Counted from the first letter of the stretch, positions 10,359 to 20,805 are shown. The stretch: 64,000 nucleotides of DNA from Cenarchaeum sp. (GCA_965242695.1 CBDESU010000001.1:1024001-1088000), one strand, 5' to 3'. Numbers and translations: made by a program. Notes: generated by a model not told the origin, from the sequence alone.

Positions 10359-11966
10359 GTGGGACGCCGGCGGTCGCGGACGGGGATCGGGCCCCACGCA
10401 GGCAAAGCCAGCGACGGCGAAAACGCCCTGTCCCTGCCGATCGTCGAGCTGCTCGAGGGGCAGAAGTACGCCGAGGCCGTCGCCGCATGCGACCGCGCCC
10501 TGGCCGCGCACCCGGGCCACATCTACATCAGCTCGGCAAGGGCCATCTAGCTCAAGCACCTGGGCCGCGACGAAGAGGCCGCGCGCGGGTTCGAAGAGCT
10601 CGCAGGCCTGTGCCGCGCGACCCTCAAGTCTGACGCCGGCGATGCAGAGGCGGCCGAGCACATGGCCCGCGCCCTCCACATGCTCGGCCGCCACGCCGAG
10701 GCCGCCGTGGCGGCAGGGGCGGCCATCGAGGCCGGCTCGATGGGCGCCGAAATGCACGCGCAGAGGGGATGCTCGCTGTCCAATGCGGGCCGCCACGAAG
10801 AGGCGCTCGAGTCGTGCAGGGCGGCAGTCGGGATCGATCCGCACGACGGCGGCGCCTGGGCCGCCATGTCGCGCGTGCTCAACAGCATGGGCCGCCACTC
10901 AGAGGCCGCATCGTGCAACGCAAGGGCCGCGCGCGCCGAGCCGCGGGACGCCGGCCAGCTCGTCGGGCTGGGCTACTCGCTGTACAAGGCCGGCCGCCAC
11001 GCCGAGGCCGTCGAGGCGTGCGACGGGGCCCTTGCGATCGACGGCGCGAGCGCGGATGCGCACGCGGCCAGGGCGCGCGCTCGACGCGCTCGGACGCCGG
11101 CGCGATGCGCTCGCATGCTGCCGCGACATTGTCCGCGCGAACCCGAAAAGCGCGACCGCGTGGACCGCCAGGGGGTTTGTCCTGCAGGACCTGGGCCTGC
11201 ACAGGAGGGCCGCCAGGTCGCTCGGACGCGCGATACGGCTCGACCCCGGCCTGGCCGAGGCGCACGAGCGCAGGGCCAGGTCGCTCGGCGCCATGGGGCG
11301 GCACAAGGAGGCGGTTGCGGCGTGCAGGGCGGCCGCTGCCGCCGACCCGCGCAGGGCATCGGCGCGCGCAGAGCTGGCGCGCCAGACCTTCGAGGCCGGC
11401 CGCCACGCCGAGGCGCTCGGCCTGGCCGACGAGGCCATACGCGCCGATCCCGGCAGGGCCGATGCGCACCTGGCCAGGGCCGAGGCCCTCTTGGCGCTCA
11501 AGAGGTACGAAGAGTCGGCGGCAAGCTCGGCGGAGGCGGCCAGGATATACCCTCCCATGCACAGGGCCCACGCGGCAGGGCCGACGCCCTCTGCTCGATC
11601 GGGCGCGATGCGGAGGCGCTCGAGTGCGCCGACGATGCGATCCGGATCGAGCCGGACGCGCCGTACTCGCACATGGTAAGGGGGACGGCCCTGAGCAACC
11701 TCGGGCGCCGCGCAGACGGAATGCGGTCCTGCGACAGGGCGATCGAGTGCGATGCCTCGTACGTGCCCGCCTACCTTTCCAAGGCCATGGACCTGGCGAT
11801 GGACGGCAGGCGCGAGGATGCGATCGCATGCTGCGATGCGGCCCTGGAAAACTGCCCCGCCGGGCAGTCCGGCCGCTTTGAGCGCGGGATGGCCACGAGT
11901 GCGAGGGAGATGGTCAGGGACTGGCCGTACGGCGCGCCGTACGGCGCGCCGGGCGATCGCATCTAG
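10359..11966 (+). pseudogene. Disrupted paralogue of TPR protein 6283-7851
   Basis: Same N-terminal motif (AEAVAACD.ALA..PGHIY.SSAR); in-frame TAG at 10548-10550; frame changes near 11080 and 11580; similar upstream CCAAGG.TTTTACCG. Confidence 0.8.
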
Positions 11967-12181
11967 CCCGACACGGACACGTCCGGCGAGGCGGACGGCG
12001 ATCCCGGCGAGCCCCGCTCGGGCGGGGACATGTCTGCCGCGCCGATCCCCAGCGCCGCATCCCTGCGCCCGCCGCCGTAATAGCGCTGCGCGCCCGCGCC
12101 CGATCGCGGCGACCGGCCAGAGGCAGGCGGCGGCAAGGGCGCAACCAGCGGTTAAATACGCGCATCCTCCCGCCATCCGCG

Positions 12182-12600
12182 TTGGGAAGGCTCAGCAGAT
12201 CCAAGCGCGAGAAAGAAGAAAAAAGGCGCCACGGCGGGGGGCGCCGGGCGCGACGCTCATAGAGATTGCAGAGGCCCTGCTCGTGACCATGCTCCGAAAG
12301 GACGGCAAGGACGAGCGATCGAGCCTGGGCAATCCAGACGGCTCGATGATCAGCTCCGAGTGGACAGAGATGCAGTTCAACTACGACGGAAAGCGCCGCA
12401 GGCTGTCCGTGCCGTCGGTCGTCCTGCGGGATGCCGGCCACGACTTCCAGCTCGGCTACATCTACGGCACGCTGGCGCAAAAGGTAAGGCCCCACGTGCG
12501 CAGGTGCCCGGACTGCGGCAAGCTGCACGAGCCGACGTACGGGTTCAAGGGGAGCACCCTATACAGGGCCGACGGTGACGCCAAGGACGTCGGCTGCTGA
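12182..12600 (+). pseudogene. Small CxxC protein, paralogue A; N-terminus frameshifted near a G run at about 12235-12250
   Basis: LIEIAE..F.Y.GK.R..S.P...L....DFQ.G..YG...Q..RP....CPDCGK shared with the next ORF; TTG 12182 frame matches the paralogue N-terminus (GRL.RSKRE) but not the body. Confidence 0.5.
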
Positions 12601-12619
12601 CGGGCGGCAGGGGCTAAAT

Positions 12620-13078
12620 ATGCGCCGCATCCGGCCGCGCGCAGCGGGGAGGCTCGGCAGGTCCAAGCGCGAGGGCCGAAAAAGGGGCGGGGAGGGCGGC
12701 GGCGGCCGCAAGGTCGTAGAGCTCGAGCCCATGCCGCTGATAGAGGTGGCCGAGAAGATGCTCGAGATGTTCCGGCAGATGGACGGGAAGACGGCGCCGC
12801 ATTCCGGCCCGAAGGATCCCGAGGGCGCTATGGTGGGCATCGAAAAGTTCGACTGCCGCTTCGCCTACAACGGCAAGGGCCGCAAGATATCCATGCCGAG
12901 GGCCCTGCTCAAGACCGGCCGCGACTTCCAGCCAGGGTGCGCCTACGGCATGCCCCTGCAGAGGATCAGGCCCCGGATGAACGTATGCAAGGACTGCGGC
13001 AAGGTGCAGGATCCGCGGTTCGGGTTCGGGCACGGTGTGATCATGGATGCGGTGCCGAGTAGCCACCGCGACGAGTAG
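12620..13078 (+). CDS. Small CxxC protein, paralogue B (start may be ATG 12731)
   Basis: Collinear with paralogue A; CKDCGK motif. Confidence 0.6.
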   Translation: MRRIRPRAAGRLGRSKREGRKRGGEGGGGRKVVELEPMPLIEVAEKMLEMFRQMDGKTAPHSGPKDPEGAMVGIEKFDCRFAYNGKGRKISMPRALLKTGRDFQPGCAYGMPLQRIRPRMNVCKDCGKVQDPRFGFGHGVIMDAVPSSHRDE

Positions 13079-13099
13079 ACGGGCGGCGCGCGCCTGGCC

Positions 13100-13900
13100 C
13101 TACAGCACCTTTGCCGCGGCCTTTTCGGCCCTGCCGGCGGCCGCCATGGCCCTCCTCCACGCCTCGGCGGCCTCCCGCGCCTCCGGCAGGCCCCGCTCGC
13201 GCGCGGCCGCCGCCGCCGACCGCTCGGCCTCGGCGGCCATGTTCCTTCGCAGATCCGCTGTCATCCGCTCGTCGTCGACGGCCCGCCTGGCCTGCTCCAT
13301 CGACTCTGCGCACTCGCGCCCCGCCTCGTCCATCATGCCGGCAAGCATGGGCTCCATCGCGCCCATGTCTGCGCCGATCCCGTACCCGTCCTCCCCCCAC
13401 CGCGACGCGCCGGCGGCCCACCTGTCGGCCTGCTCGCCGAGCAGCCCCGCGCCAAGCCTCATGCGCCTTGACAGCATGGCCGAGCCGCGCGAGTTCGTGC
13501 GCGTCTTTTCCGCAAGCCCCGACGCGAGCTGCCCGTGCATGCCGTCGGCCGCATGCCCGTACGCGGCGGCCGCCTCGCTGTGCTCGGCCGCGGCCGCCCT
13601 GCTCAGCCGGGACGACCGCCTGAACGCGACCGCCGCTCGCCGCATCGCCGACGCGCCCTGCCTGATCGCATCAAGCGCCCGCCCCATGGCCTCTGCATCC
13701 ACGCCCTTGCGCGGATCCACCGCCTGGCCGGCCGCCTCGGCGGCGCGCCTTACGGCATCCTCGGACTCGGCCTTGGCGGCCCAGCCCTGCCGGTTCGCCT
13801 TTGACATCGCCCGCGCGTATATCGCCGCGGCCCACATCCTGGCATCGGCCGCGGACCGCCACACGACGGCGGCCGCCGCATCCCGCCCGCTGCCGCCCAT
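13100..13900 (-). CDS. Ala-rich helical family protein, copy 2
   Basis: VWRSAADARMWAA..WAAKAESEDA; C-terminal P.AREAAEAWRRAMAAAG; family promoter motif at 13923-13945. Confidence 0.75.
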   Translation of the reverse strand: MGGSGRDAAAAVVWRSAADARMWAAAIYARAMSKANRQGWAAKAESEDAVRRAAEAAGQAVDPRKGVDAEAMGRALDAIRQGASAMRRAAVAFRRSSRLSRAAAAEHSEAAAAYGHAADGMHGQLASGLAEKTRTNSRGSAMLSRRMRLGAGLLGEQADRWAAGASRWGEDGYGIGADMGAMEPMLAGMMDEAGRECAESMEQARRAVDDERMTADLRRNMAAEAERSAAAAARERGLPEAREAAEAWRRAMAAAGRAEKAAAKVL

Positions 13901-14134
13901 GCATGCCGGCCCGCCCGCGGCGCCTTTATGCCATTCGATCCGCGGCGCGGGCAGGGGGAGGCGGCGGAGGGGGAGGCGGGGCGCCGCTGGCAAGTCTGCG
14001 ACTCGGGGGCGGCAGAGGCGCTAGGAGGGGAGGAGGCAGCTGCCGCTGGACGGCCGCAGCAAGGGCGTGGCGCAAGGCCGGAAGGGCCGTCAAGAGGGGC
14101 GAATCCCGCGGAGCGGCACGCCGCGCGCGGGCGC

Positions 14135-14400
14135 TAGGGGAAGGCCGGATGCCCTTGTAGACGTCCTTGCGCGGGCCTGCTCGTACGACGGGGATCTTTC
14201 GCGCGTCGTTCCATGTGCGGCATGCGATCCCATACGACCCCGCCTTGTCCCTGCAAAGATCTCGGCCGGCCGTTCTGCTCCCCCTGTGCGGATCCTTGCA
14301 AAGCAGTCCATCATTCCCGTGTTATCCGCTTGCGCATTTCTGGACGTGTATCCTTGATGCCCCTGCGGGCAACACCGCTGAAAAGCGCTTCGTACGTCAT
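14135..14400 (-). pseudogene. RelE/ParE-like toxin, frameshifted
   Basis: ATG 14400 overlaps the upstream stop: MTYEALFSGVARRGIKDTRPEMRKRITRE*. Another frame continues LLCKDPHRGSRTAGRDLCRDKAGSYGIACRTWNDARKIPVVRAGPRKDVYK, a RelE-like C-terminus. The 3' end is approximate. Confidence 0.65.
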
Positions 14401-15446
14401 GAGCAGAACTCTTTCCGCATCTGTTCGTACGTGTAGCATTCGCCTCTTGCCATCTGGAGCAGGCCCTCGTCGATCTCCTTTGCATCCTCGCCATCGAACG
14501 CGCCGGGCTCGTCTGTGTTGACCAGTCTTACTATGTACTCTCCCACGGTCTCGCCGCTGGCCCTATCGTCCCCAATCCCCTCGAGAAAGGTGCCTGCAAA
14601 GCTGGGCCCCGGCCCGGCCGTCCCGCCCCGTTCGCCGCGGCAGGCCGCCGCAGAGCCGCTCGAACCAGGCGCCCGGCGAATGGAGTCCCCATCCATGTCG
14701 ATCTTTGAGGCGCGCAGGAGGCATTCCAAGACGCGGTCGAGGGTCAGTGCATCGACGTCGCGGGGCAGCGCCCTAGTCAAGTGGCCCCTGCTCTCGAAAG
14801 AGGCCTGCATGGATATTGCCCGTTCCACCATTGCGACGGTATCCGGATCCGGATCGCCCCGCAAGGCCCCGCTGCTCGGCCCCGCAGCAGATGCGAAGAA
14901 CGGGGCGCCGGCCGGGCGCCGGCGGGCGGGATTCCCCCCGCCTGCCGTCCGCAGCCTGAACTCTACGACCCCGCCTGCCCTGCCGTCCGCATCAGCCTCT
15001 ACCCTGAACTCGTGCGAGTCGTACTCTACACGTGAGTTGAACACCAGGGCATCGCCGTCCCTTGTAAAGCACAGGACGGCGTAGCCATCCTCCCTTGAAC
15101 GGGCCAGGGCAAGGCCGTCGCAGGACGCGCCCGGGCTCCCGGATCCTGCGCGATCGGAGGCCTGGACCATGTGCACCGTGCCGGCGTCGGGGCCAGCGCC
15201 CGCATGTCCAGAGTGGGAGCCGGCCGGCCGCACGAGTACCATGCACCTGTTCCTCCTGCTTGCGCGCATGCATCCGTCCGCCGGCACGCCGTACATGGCA
15301 TGCAGATCCTCGTCGCTGAACCGCTCGCCCGGCGCGGGCACCGTGACGGCCGTGGCAACCCCGGGATCAGGTGCGGCGCTCGGCTTGCGGGCAGTTTCCC
15401 AGAGTGCGCCCACGGAGCATGGCGGCAGGCCCGTCTTATAGCCCAT
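14397..15446 (-). CDS. SRA-like domain fused to an archaeal RelB-like antitoxin tail
   Basis: N-terminal GERFSDEDLHAMYGV..GCMRASRRNRCMVLV..LARSREDGYAVLCF..VFNSRV..VVEFRL resembles restriction-associated SRA domains; C-terminal GETVGEYIVRLV..EIDEGLLQMARGECYTYEQMRKE resembles RelB-type antitoxins. Confidence 0.55.
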   Translation of the reverse strand: MGYKTGLPPCSVGALWETARKPSAAPDPGVATAVTVPAPGERFSDEDLHAMYGVPADGCMRASRRNRCMVLVRPAGSHSGHAGAGPDAGTVHMVQASDRAGSGSPGASCDGLALARSREDGYAVLCFTRDGDALVFNSRVEYDSHEFRVEADADGRAGGVVEFRLRTAGGGNPARRRPAGAPFFASAAGPSSGALRGDPDPDTVAMVERAISMQASFESRGHLTRALPRDVDALTLDRVLECLLRASKIDMDGDSIRRAPGSSGSAAACRGERGGTAGPGPSFAGTFLEGIGDDRASGETVGEYIVRLVNTDEPGAFDGEDAKEIDEGLLQMARGECYTYEQMRKEFCS

Positions 15447-15491
15447 ATCCTAGGCAGCTGCATGCACGCCGGCATCGGCGGCATCCCCCTC

Positions 15492-17342
15492 CTACCCGCC
15501 CTTGCCGCCCTTGCCCGAGGCCCTGTCGACGGCGGCCATCGCGCTCTTGAGCGCCGCGGCGGCATCCTCAGTCCCGGGGCCCGAGCCCGCGCGCGCCGCA
15601 TCCGCGGCAGACTGCCCGGCCGCCTCCTTGACCACCCTGAGCATCTCGGCGGCCTGCTCCTCCCCCTCGGCCAGCCGCTCGGCCTCCCTGGCCGCCGCCG
15701 CGCTCTCCTGCTTCGAGTCCCCGAGCAGGTCCGACCGCGCAGCGGCCATTATCATGCTGCCGTCGCCGCCGCCGAACTTGGACTTGCCCTTGCCCCACAG
15801 CGCAATGACCGGCGCCCACCTGTCGGCCTGCCGGCCGAGCACGCCGGCGGCCATGTCCGCCTCGGCGGCCAGCTTGTCGGCCTTTCGCGCCATTCCGCGC
15901 GACATCGCCGCCTGGCTGCGCACGGTCCTCCTGTACACGGGCTCGTACGCATGCACGTACGCCGCGGCCGCCTTCTTCTGCTCGGCGGCCGTGGCGCGGC
16001 TCGCATCGGCCGACCTCCTGAACGCCGCGGCCGCGAGCCCGTTCAGGTCAGCGGCATGCCTGATCTCTTCGATCGACCGCCCGATCGCATCCCCGTCGAT
16101 CACGCCGGGCTCCCCGACGGCCTGCCCGCATGCCTCCGCCGAGCGCCCCATCGCATCGGCCGCCCTGGACTTTGCCGCCCACGCCTGCCTCCGCTCGGAC
16201 ATCATCGCCCCTGCGTGCAGCGCCGCGGCCCACATCCGGGCATCGGCGGCGGCCCGCCATACGAGGGCCGCCGGGTCGGACTTTTTGCCGCCCTTGGGCG
16301 GCGCCTGCGGGCGGCGCGCCGTCGGCGCCGCCGGCGCGTCCGGCGCCGGTTCGGCTCCGTCCTCCGCCGCATCCTCGTCGTCCGCGGCGCCGGCGCCCCG
16401 CCGCCGGATCCTCTCGTCGTCCGCGGCAGCCCTGCTCGCCGACTCCATGGCGTTCATCCATGCGGACACGGCCTTTTCCGCCTCGGGCTCCGATCCCGCA
16501 AGGGCCGCCATCGCGGCGGACCGCTTGGCCGCAGCCTCGGTCATCTCCCGCGCCGTCGCCGTCAGCCGCTCGATCTCCCTTGCGCGCTCGACCTTTTCCT
16601 CCATGCCCTTGTAGATCTGGCCGACGGCGTCGAGCAGCTCGGCCCGCAGCCGCGACAGTCCCGACGCGTCCGCGCCGCTCCCCCCGCCGGCCTCTGGCGC
16701 TGCCGCCGCCGCTGCCAGCGCGTCGGCGATCGGCCTGACAGTCTTTGCCCCGCGGGCCATGTCCGAGGCCTGCTTGGATGCAGTCTCGGCGTACTCGCTC
16801 GACATCTTCGCCCGCTCGGAGACGTCCCTGGCCTGGCCCCTCGAGGCGCCTCGCCTGTACAGCCTGGCGGCGCGCCTCAGCTGCGACACGGCCGCCTTGT
16901 TGTACCGCGACGCGCGCACGTACGACCTAGAGGCGCGCCGCAACAGCGCCCCGACGCGCCCCGCCGCCTCTGCGGCGCGCCCCGCCGCCTTGGCCCTCTC
17001 CCGGCCGCCCGCTGCCGCCGCCTCGGACGCGGCCTCGGCGACCGTCTTCATCTCGCCGCCGGCCTCGGCCCTGGCCGCCCATCCGTCCACGCTCGCCGAC
17101 CACGCCGTATGCTCGCGTATGGTCGCCGCCCACGCCCTTGCGTCGCCGGCGCCCCTCCACGCCACGGCCGCCGCATCCTTGCCCTTGCTGTCCATGGCCG
17201 GCGGCATTGCGGATGCCAGGACGCTTGCGGGCACCGAGGCGGCAACGTCGCCGGCCGCGTCCTCTTCCCCGCCGCCGTCCACGGGCGGCGTTCCTAGCGC
17301 CGCAGCGGCGCCGCCGGCCGCGTCCTCTTCCCTGCCGTCCAT
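15492..17342 (-). CDS. Ala-rich helical family protein, copy 3 (two family domains fused)
   Basis: AWRGAGDARAWAATIREHTAW...DDERIRRR, linker, then VWRAAADARMWAA...; family promoter motif at 17365-17390. Confidence 0.75.
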   Translation of the reverse strand: MDGREEDAAGGAAAALGTPPVDGGGEEDAAGDVAASVPASVLASAMPPAMDSKGKDAAAVAWRGAGDARAWAATIREHTAWSASVDGWAARAEAGGEMKTVAEAASEAAAAGGRERAKAAGRAAEAAGRVGALLRRASRSYVRASRYNKAAVSQLRRAARLYRRGASRGQARDVSERAKMSSEYAETASKQASDMARGAKTVRPIADALAAAAAAPEAGGGSGADASGLSRLRAELLDAVGQIYKGMEEKVERAREIERLTATAREMTEAAAKRSAAMAALAGSEPEAEKAVSAWMNAMESASRAAADDERIRRRGAGAADDEDAAEDGAEPAPDAPAAPTARRPQAPPKGGKKSDPAALVWRAAADARMWAAALHAGAMMSERRQAWAAKSRAADAMGRSAEACGQAVGEPGVIDGDAIGRSIEEIRHAADLNGLAAAAFRRSADASRATAAEQKKAAAAYVHAYEPVYRRTVRSQAAMSRGMARKADKLAAEADMAAGVLGRQADRWAPVIALWGKGKSKFGGGDGSMIMAAARSDLLGDSKQESAAAAREAERLAEGEEQAAEMLRVVKEAAGQSAADAARAGSGPGTEDAAAALKSAMAAVDRASGKGGKGG

Positions 17343-17763
17343 GGGCGGCGGCGGCTACACGCTGCCTTTATGCCGTTCGATCCGGCCCCGCCGGAGGGGA
17401 AGGGGGCGCCGCTGAGGAGACGGTGCGCGCCGGATCGGCAGGGCGCAGCCGGCGCGCGCGGATGGCATCGGCGCCGCGGGCGCCGGCGAGATCCGCGCCT
17501 GCCGCTCGGATGATCTCTGGCCGGCGGACTGCCTTGGAGACGGCGGCCGCAGGAGGCTTGCGGTTGGATGCGCAGGCGCCCTTGCATGATCGACGGGACG
17601 CGCGGCGCGGAGGCAGGGCGCCTGCGGGGCGCCGATGCGGGCGCTGCAGGCTTTGCCCGGGGCACGCGCTCGCCTGCGACAAGGCCGACGCCGGGCGCGC
17701 CGCCGCGCATGCGGCGCGGCGGCCTCTGCGCATTCCGCCGGGCCGGCTCCGGCCGCGCAGCCC

Positions 17764-18609
17764 CTATGCCTTTTGATCGCCGCCGATGCCGCGGGCGCCG
17801 CCGCGGGCGCCGCCCTCTCTTCTCTTCCTGATCCTCTCGTCGTCCGCTGCCGCCTTGCCGGCGGCCGCCATGGCCTTTTTCCAGTCGGCCGCGGCCCTCT
17901 TGGCGCCCGGCTCGGCCCTTGCGCGCGCCGTGCCGTCGGCCGACTCTTTGGCGGCGGCCCCTGTCAGCTCCCGCGCCATCGCCGTCAGCTGCACCGCCTT
18001 CCCCGCCCGCTTCGCCATGTCCGTCGAGGTCTTGCGGTAGCGCCCGGCGACGGCGAGCAGGTCGGACCGCATCGACGCCATGTCCGGCGCAGCCGCGCCG
18101 CCGCCGTCCGCCGGCGCGGCCGACGCCATGGCCAGCACGCCGACAAACGGCTCAAACGACTTTGCCATGCGGTCCAGCTCGGCCGAATGCTTGGCCGCCG
18201 TCTCGGTATACTCGCCCGCCATTGCCAGCCGCTCCTCCACGTCCTTGGCCTGGCCCCGAGCGCCGGCGCGCTCGTACGCCCTGGATGCCCGCCTCAACTG
18301 GCGCACCGCCGACCCGTTGAACCGCGACGACCGGTCAAGCAGCCTCGAGGCGAGCCCCATCCGCGCCACGACGCGCCGCATCGCCTTGGCGGCCCGGCCC
18401 AGCTCCTCGGCGCTCGCCGCGCCCTGCGCCCCGGACGGCTCGGACGTCGACGTGGCGAGCAGCCCTAGCGCATCGTCGGACTCTGCCTTGGCCGACCATC
18501 CCTGCTCGCTGGCCGACCAGGCCGTGTGCTCGCGTATGGTCGCCGCCCACGCCCACGCATCGCCGGCGGCCTTCCATGCCAAGGCCTCTGCATCGGGTTT
18601 GCCCCCCAT
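17764..18609 (-). CDS. Ala-rich helical family protein, copy 4
   Basis: AWKAAGDAWAWAATIREHTAW...WKKAMAAAGKAAADDERIR; promoter motif at 18632-18657. Confidence 0.8.
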   Translation of the reverse strand: MGGKPDAEALAWKAAGDAWAWAATIREHTAWSASEQGWSAKAESDDALGLLATSTSEPSGAQGAASAEELGRAAKAMRRVVARMGLASRLLDRSSRFNGSAVRQLRRASRAYERAGARGQAKDVEERLAMAGEYTETAAKHSAELDRMAKSFEPFVGVLAMASAAPADGGGAAAPDMASMRSDLLAVAGRYRKTSTDMAKRAGKAVQLTAMARELTGAAAKESADGTARARAEPGAKRAAADWKKAMAAAGKAAADDERIRKRREGGARGGARGIGGDQKA

Positions 18610-18822
18610 GCGCGCCTGCGGCCGCATGCCGCCTATATGCCGTTCTACCGGCCCCGCCGCGTCCGGCTCGGCGGCGCATCCGGCGCAGGCGGCCAGAGGG
18701 CGGGCCGGGGGCCGCGCCCCGGGCTCTTCCCCGCGCTTCGCCCCGTCCCCTGCCGGCGCTGCGGCCGCCCCTGCCGGGCAGGATGCCGGAACGCGCGGTG
18801 CACCATGTGCCCAAGGCCGGCA

Positions 18823-19421
18823 TCAGACGTAGTGGACGGACAGATCCTGCCCCATGTCCATATACATTGACACCAGAGTACTCCCTTCATCCCCCTCTTC
18901 GTCCAGTAGCGCATTAGGATTGGGGCACGGGGCACAAGGGCTGGAAAGCAACGACGGGGGGCAAACCTTGCAAAGCCCATCTTTTTATAGAATCCTACCG
19001 CATCCGGCTCCGAGTTGGCAAGCACTACGCGGCATCCAACGTCTGTGGCCATCTTGGTTGCAAGGGAGATTGCAAAAGACACCATGCGCCTTCCCACTCC
19101 ATTCCGCTCGTGCCGCTCGTCGGTAGCCAAGCGTGCAATCACATGGGCAGGCAGGTGTCCATAAGCGTCTATGCCCAAGCCGGCCTGTTGTGTTTTGCCC
19201 ACATGTCCCATCGCCAGCATCATGTACCCCACGATTTTGCCGTCGTGCAAGGACCAGTACATGCGTCCCATCCTTTCCTGGCGATCATATATCGACTCAA
19301 TGTACAGGTATTCGGCAAACTCGGGCCTTCACCGAAAGTCGACGGGGATGCGCGTCTCGTCGGCCTTTGCCGCTTCAAGGCCATGGTCCGCATGGCATTG
19401 CCTCCTGATCCATGCCGGCAA
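18823..19421 (-). pseudogene. GNAT acetyltransferase toxin (AtaT/TacT-like) with in-frame TGA and a probable frameshift
   Basis: IARLATDERHERNGVGRRMV...AVGFYKKMGF GNAT motifs; upstream in-frame VDFR*RPEFAEYL (TGA 19329-19331); natural-looking end SMYMDMGQDL lies in another frame after the C run near 18955-18961. Confidence 0.7.
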
Positions 19422-19474
19422 GACATGCGTTCATGCATCATCCTGTGGCTCGGTCGGGCTTCGCGCCTCGCCTT

Positions 19475-19699
19475 TTACTGCGTTGCGCCAGGACGGCGCT
19501 CCCGACGGTGTGCCGAGTCTTGGAGGGGGAGGTATGCCTCTTCCTTGACGGCGCTCGCGTCCCTGACCGGCGTACGACGGGCAAGTTCCAAGGCCCTCTC
19601 CACGGCCCGAACCTGCTCGGGCGTCGGTCCGCGCCTGATGGCCGCCATGAACTCGTCCCACGCGTCCGGATGAAGCGGCGGTATGGCGGGCATTACCAT
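19475..19699 (-). CDS. DUF1778-like antitoxin
   Basis: LHPDAWDEFMAAIRRGPTPEQVRAVERA resembles the DUF1778 C-terminal segment; directly upstream of the GNAT; TTTATA about 25 bp upstream. Confidence 0.55.
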   Translation of the reverse strand: MVMPAIPPLHPDAWDEFMAAIRRGPTPEQVRAVERALELARRTPVRDASAVKEEAYLPLQDSAHRRERRPGATQ

Positions 19700-19736
19700 G
19701 GCAGGCAGGACATGATGTGGATGCTATAAACCATCA

Positions 19737-19795
19737 GAGGGGCCGCGGTGCGGCTAGGAGGGGCCGCGGTGCGGCTAGGAGGGGCCGCGGTGCGG
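19737..19795. repeat. 21-bp tandem repeat GAGGGGCCGCGGTGCGGCTAG x2.8
   Basis: Read directly; lies just upstream of the antitoxin TATA box. Confidence 0.85.
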
Positions 19796-19932
19796 GCCGG
19801 CCGCTGTCCGCAGCCCCTGCCCGCCGCCTCTGCTACCCTGCCCCACAGGTGCCGCCGCGCGTGCGGGCCGGCAGGCCGATCCCCGCCTCGGATTCCGCCG
19901 GGCAGTCTGCCGGACCCACACCCCTGCGCGCC

Positions 19933-20805
19933 TCAACCGCCGCCGCCGCCGCTGCGCTCCGCGGCGCCGCCCCGGGCGGCGCGGGCCGCATGCCGCCGCC
20001 GGATCCTCTCGTCGTCCGCCGTCGCCCTGCCGGCCGCCGCTACGGCCTTTTTCAGCGCGGCCGCGGCCGCCAGCGCGCCGGGGCTGGAATCTGCGGGCGC
20101 CGCGGCGGCGGCCGCGGCGGCGGCCGCGGCAGTCTGCCTGGCGGCCGCCTCGATCACGTCCCTTGCCAGCGCCGTCAGCTGCTCGCCCTCTCCCGCCTGC
20201 TCGGCGAGTGCCGCCGACTTTTTGCGCTCCCGCCCGGACATGGCGAGCATGTCGCCGATCGACGACGCCAGCTCGGCCGCCCTGCCCGCGACCATGTCTG
20301 CCGCATCCGGCGAGGCCGCGGCCATCTCCAGCCCGCGGGCAAGCGGCACGAACATCGCGGCCCCGCGATCCAGCTCGGCCGACTGCCTGGCGGACGCCTC
20401 GGCGTACTCGCTCGACATGGCCATCTGCTCCGCCACCTGCCTTGCGCTGCCCCGCTCCGCGGCCCGCTCGTACGCCCTGCCGGCCCGCTCCAGCTGGGCC
20501 ACGGCCGCCCTGTTGAACCTCGACGACCGGTCGAGCAGCCTGGCGGCCAGCTTCATCCGCGCCACGATGCGGTCCATCGCCGCGGCGGCCCGCCGCATCG
20601 CATCGGCGCTCGCCCGGCCCTGCGCCCTTGCCGCCTCGTCGGTCGCCTCGGCGACCAGCCTCATCGCATCGTCGGACTCTGCCTTGGCCGACCACCCCTG
20701 CACGTTCGCCGACCATGCCGTGTGCTCGCGTATGGCCGCGGCCCACGTCCTTGCGTCGCCGGCGGCCTTCCATGCGGCGGCCTCTGCACAGGGTTTGCCG
20801 CCCAT
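19933..20805 (-). CDS. Ala-rich helical family protein, copy 5
   Basis: Family motifs; promoter motif at 20827-20853. Confidence 0.8.
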   Translation of the reverse strand: MGGKPCAEAAAWKAAGDARTWAAAIREHTAWSANVQGWSAKAESDDAMRLVAEATDEAARAQGRASADAMRRAAAAMDRIVARMKLAARLLDRSSRFNRAAVAQLERAGRAYERAAERGSARQVAEQMAMSSEYAEASARQSAELDRGAAMFVPLARGLEMAAASPDAADMVAGRAAELASSIGDMLAMSGRERKKSAALAEQAGEGEQLTALARDVIEAAARQTAAAAAAAAAAAPADSSPGALAAAAALKKAVAAAGRATADDERIRRRHAARAARGGAAERSGGGGG

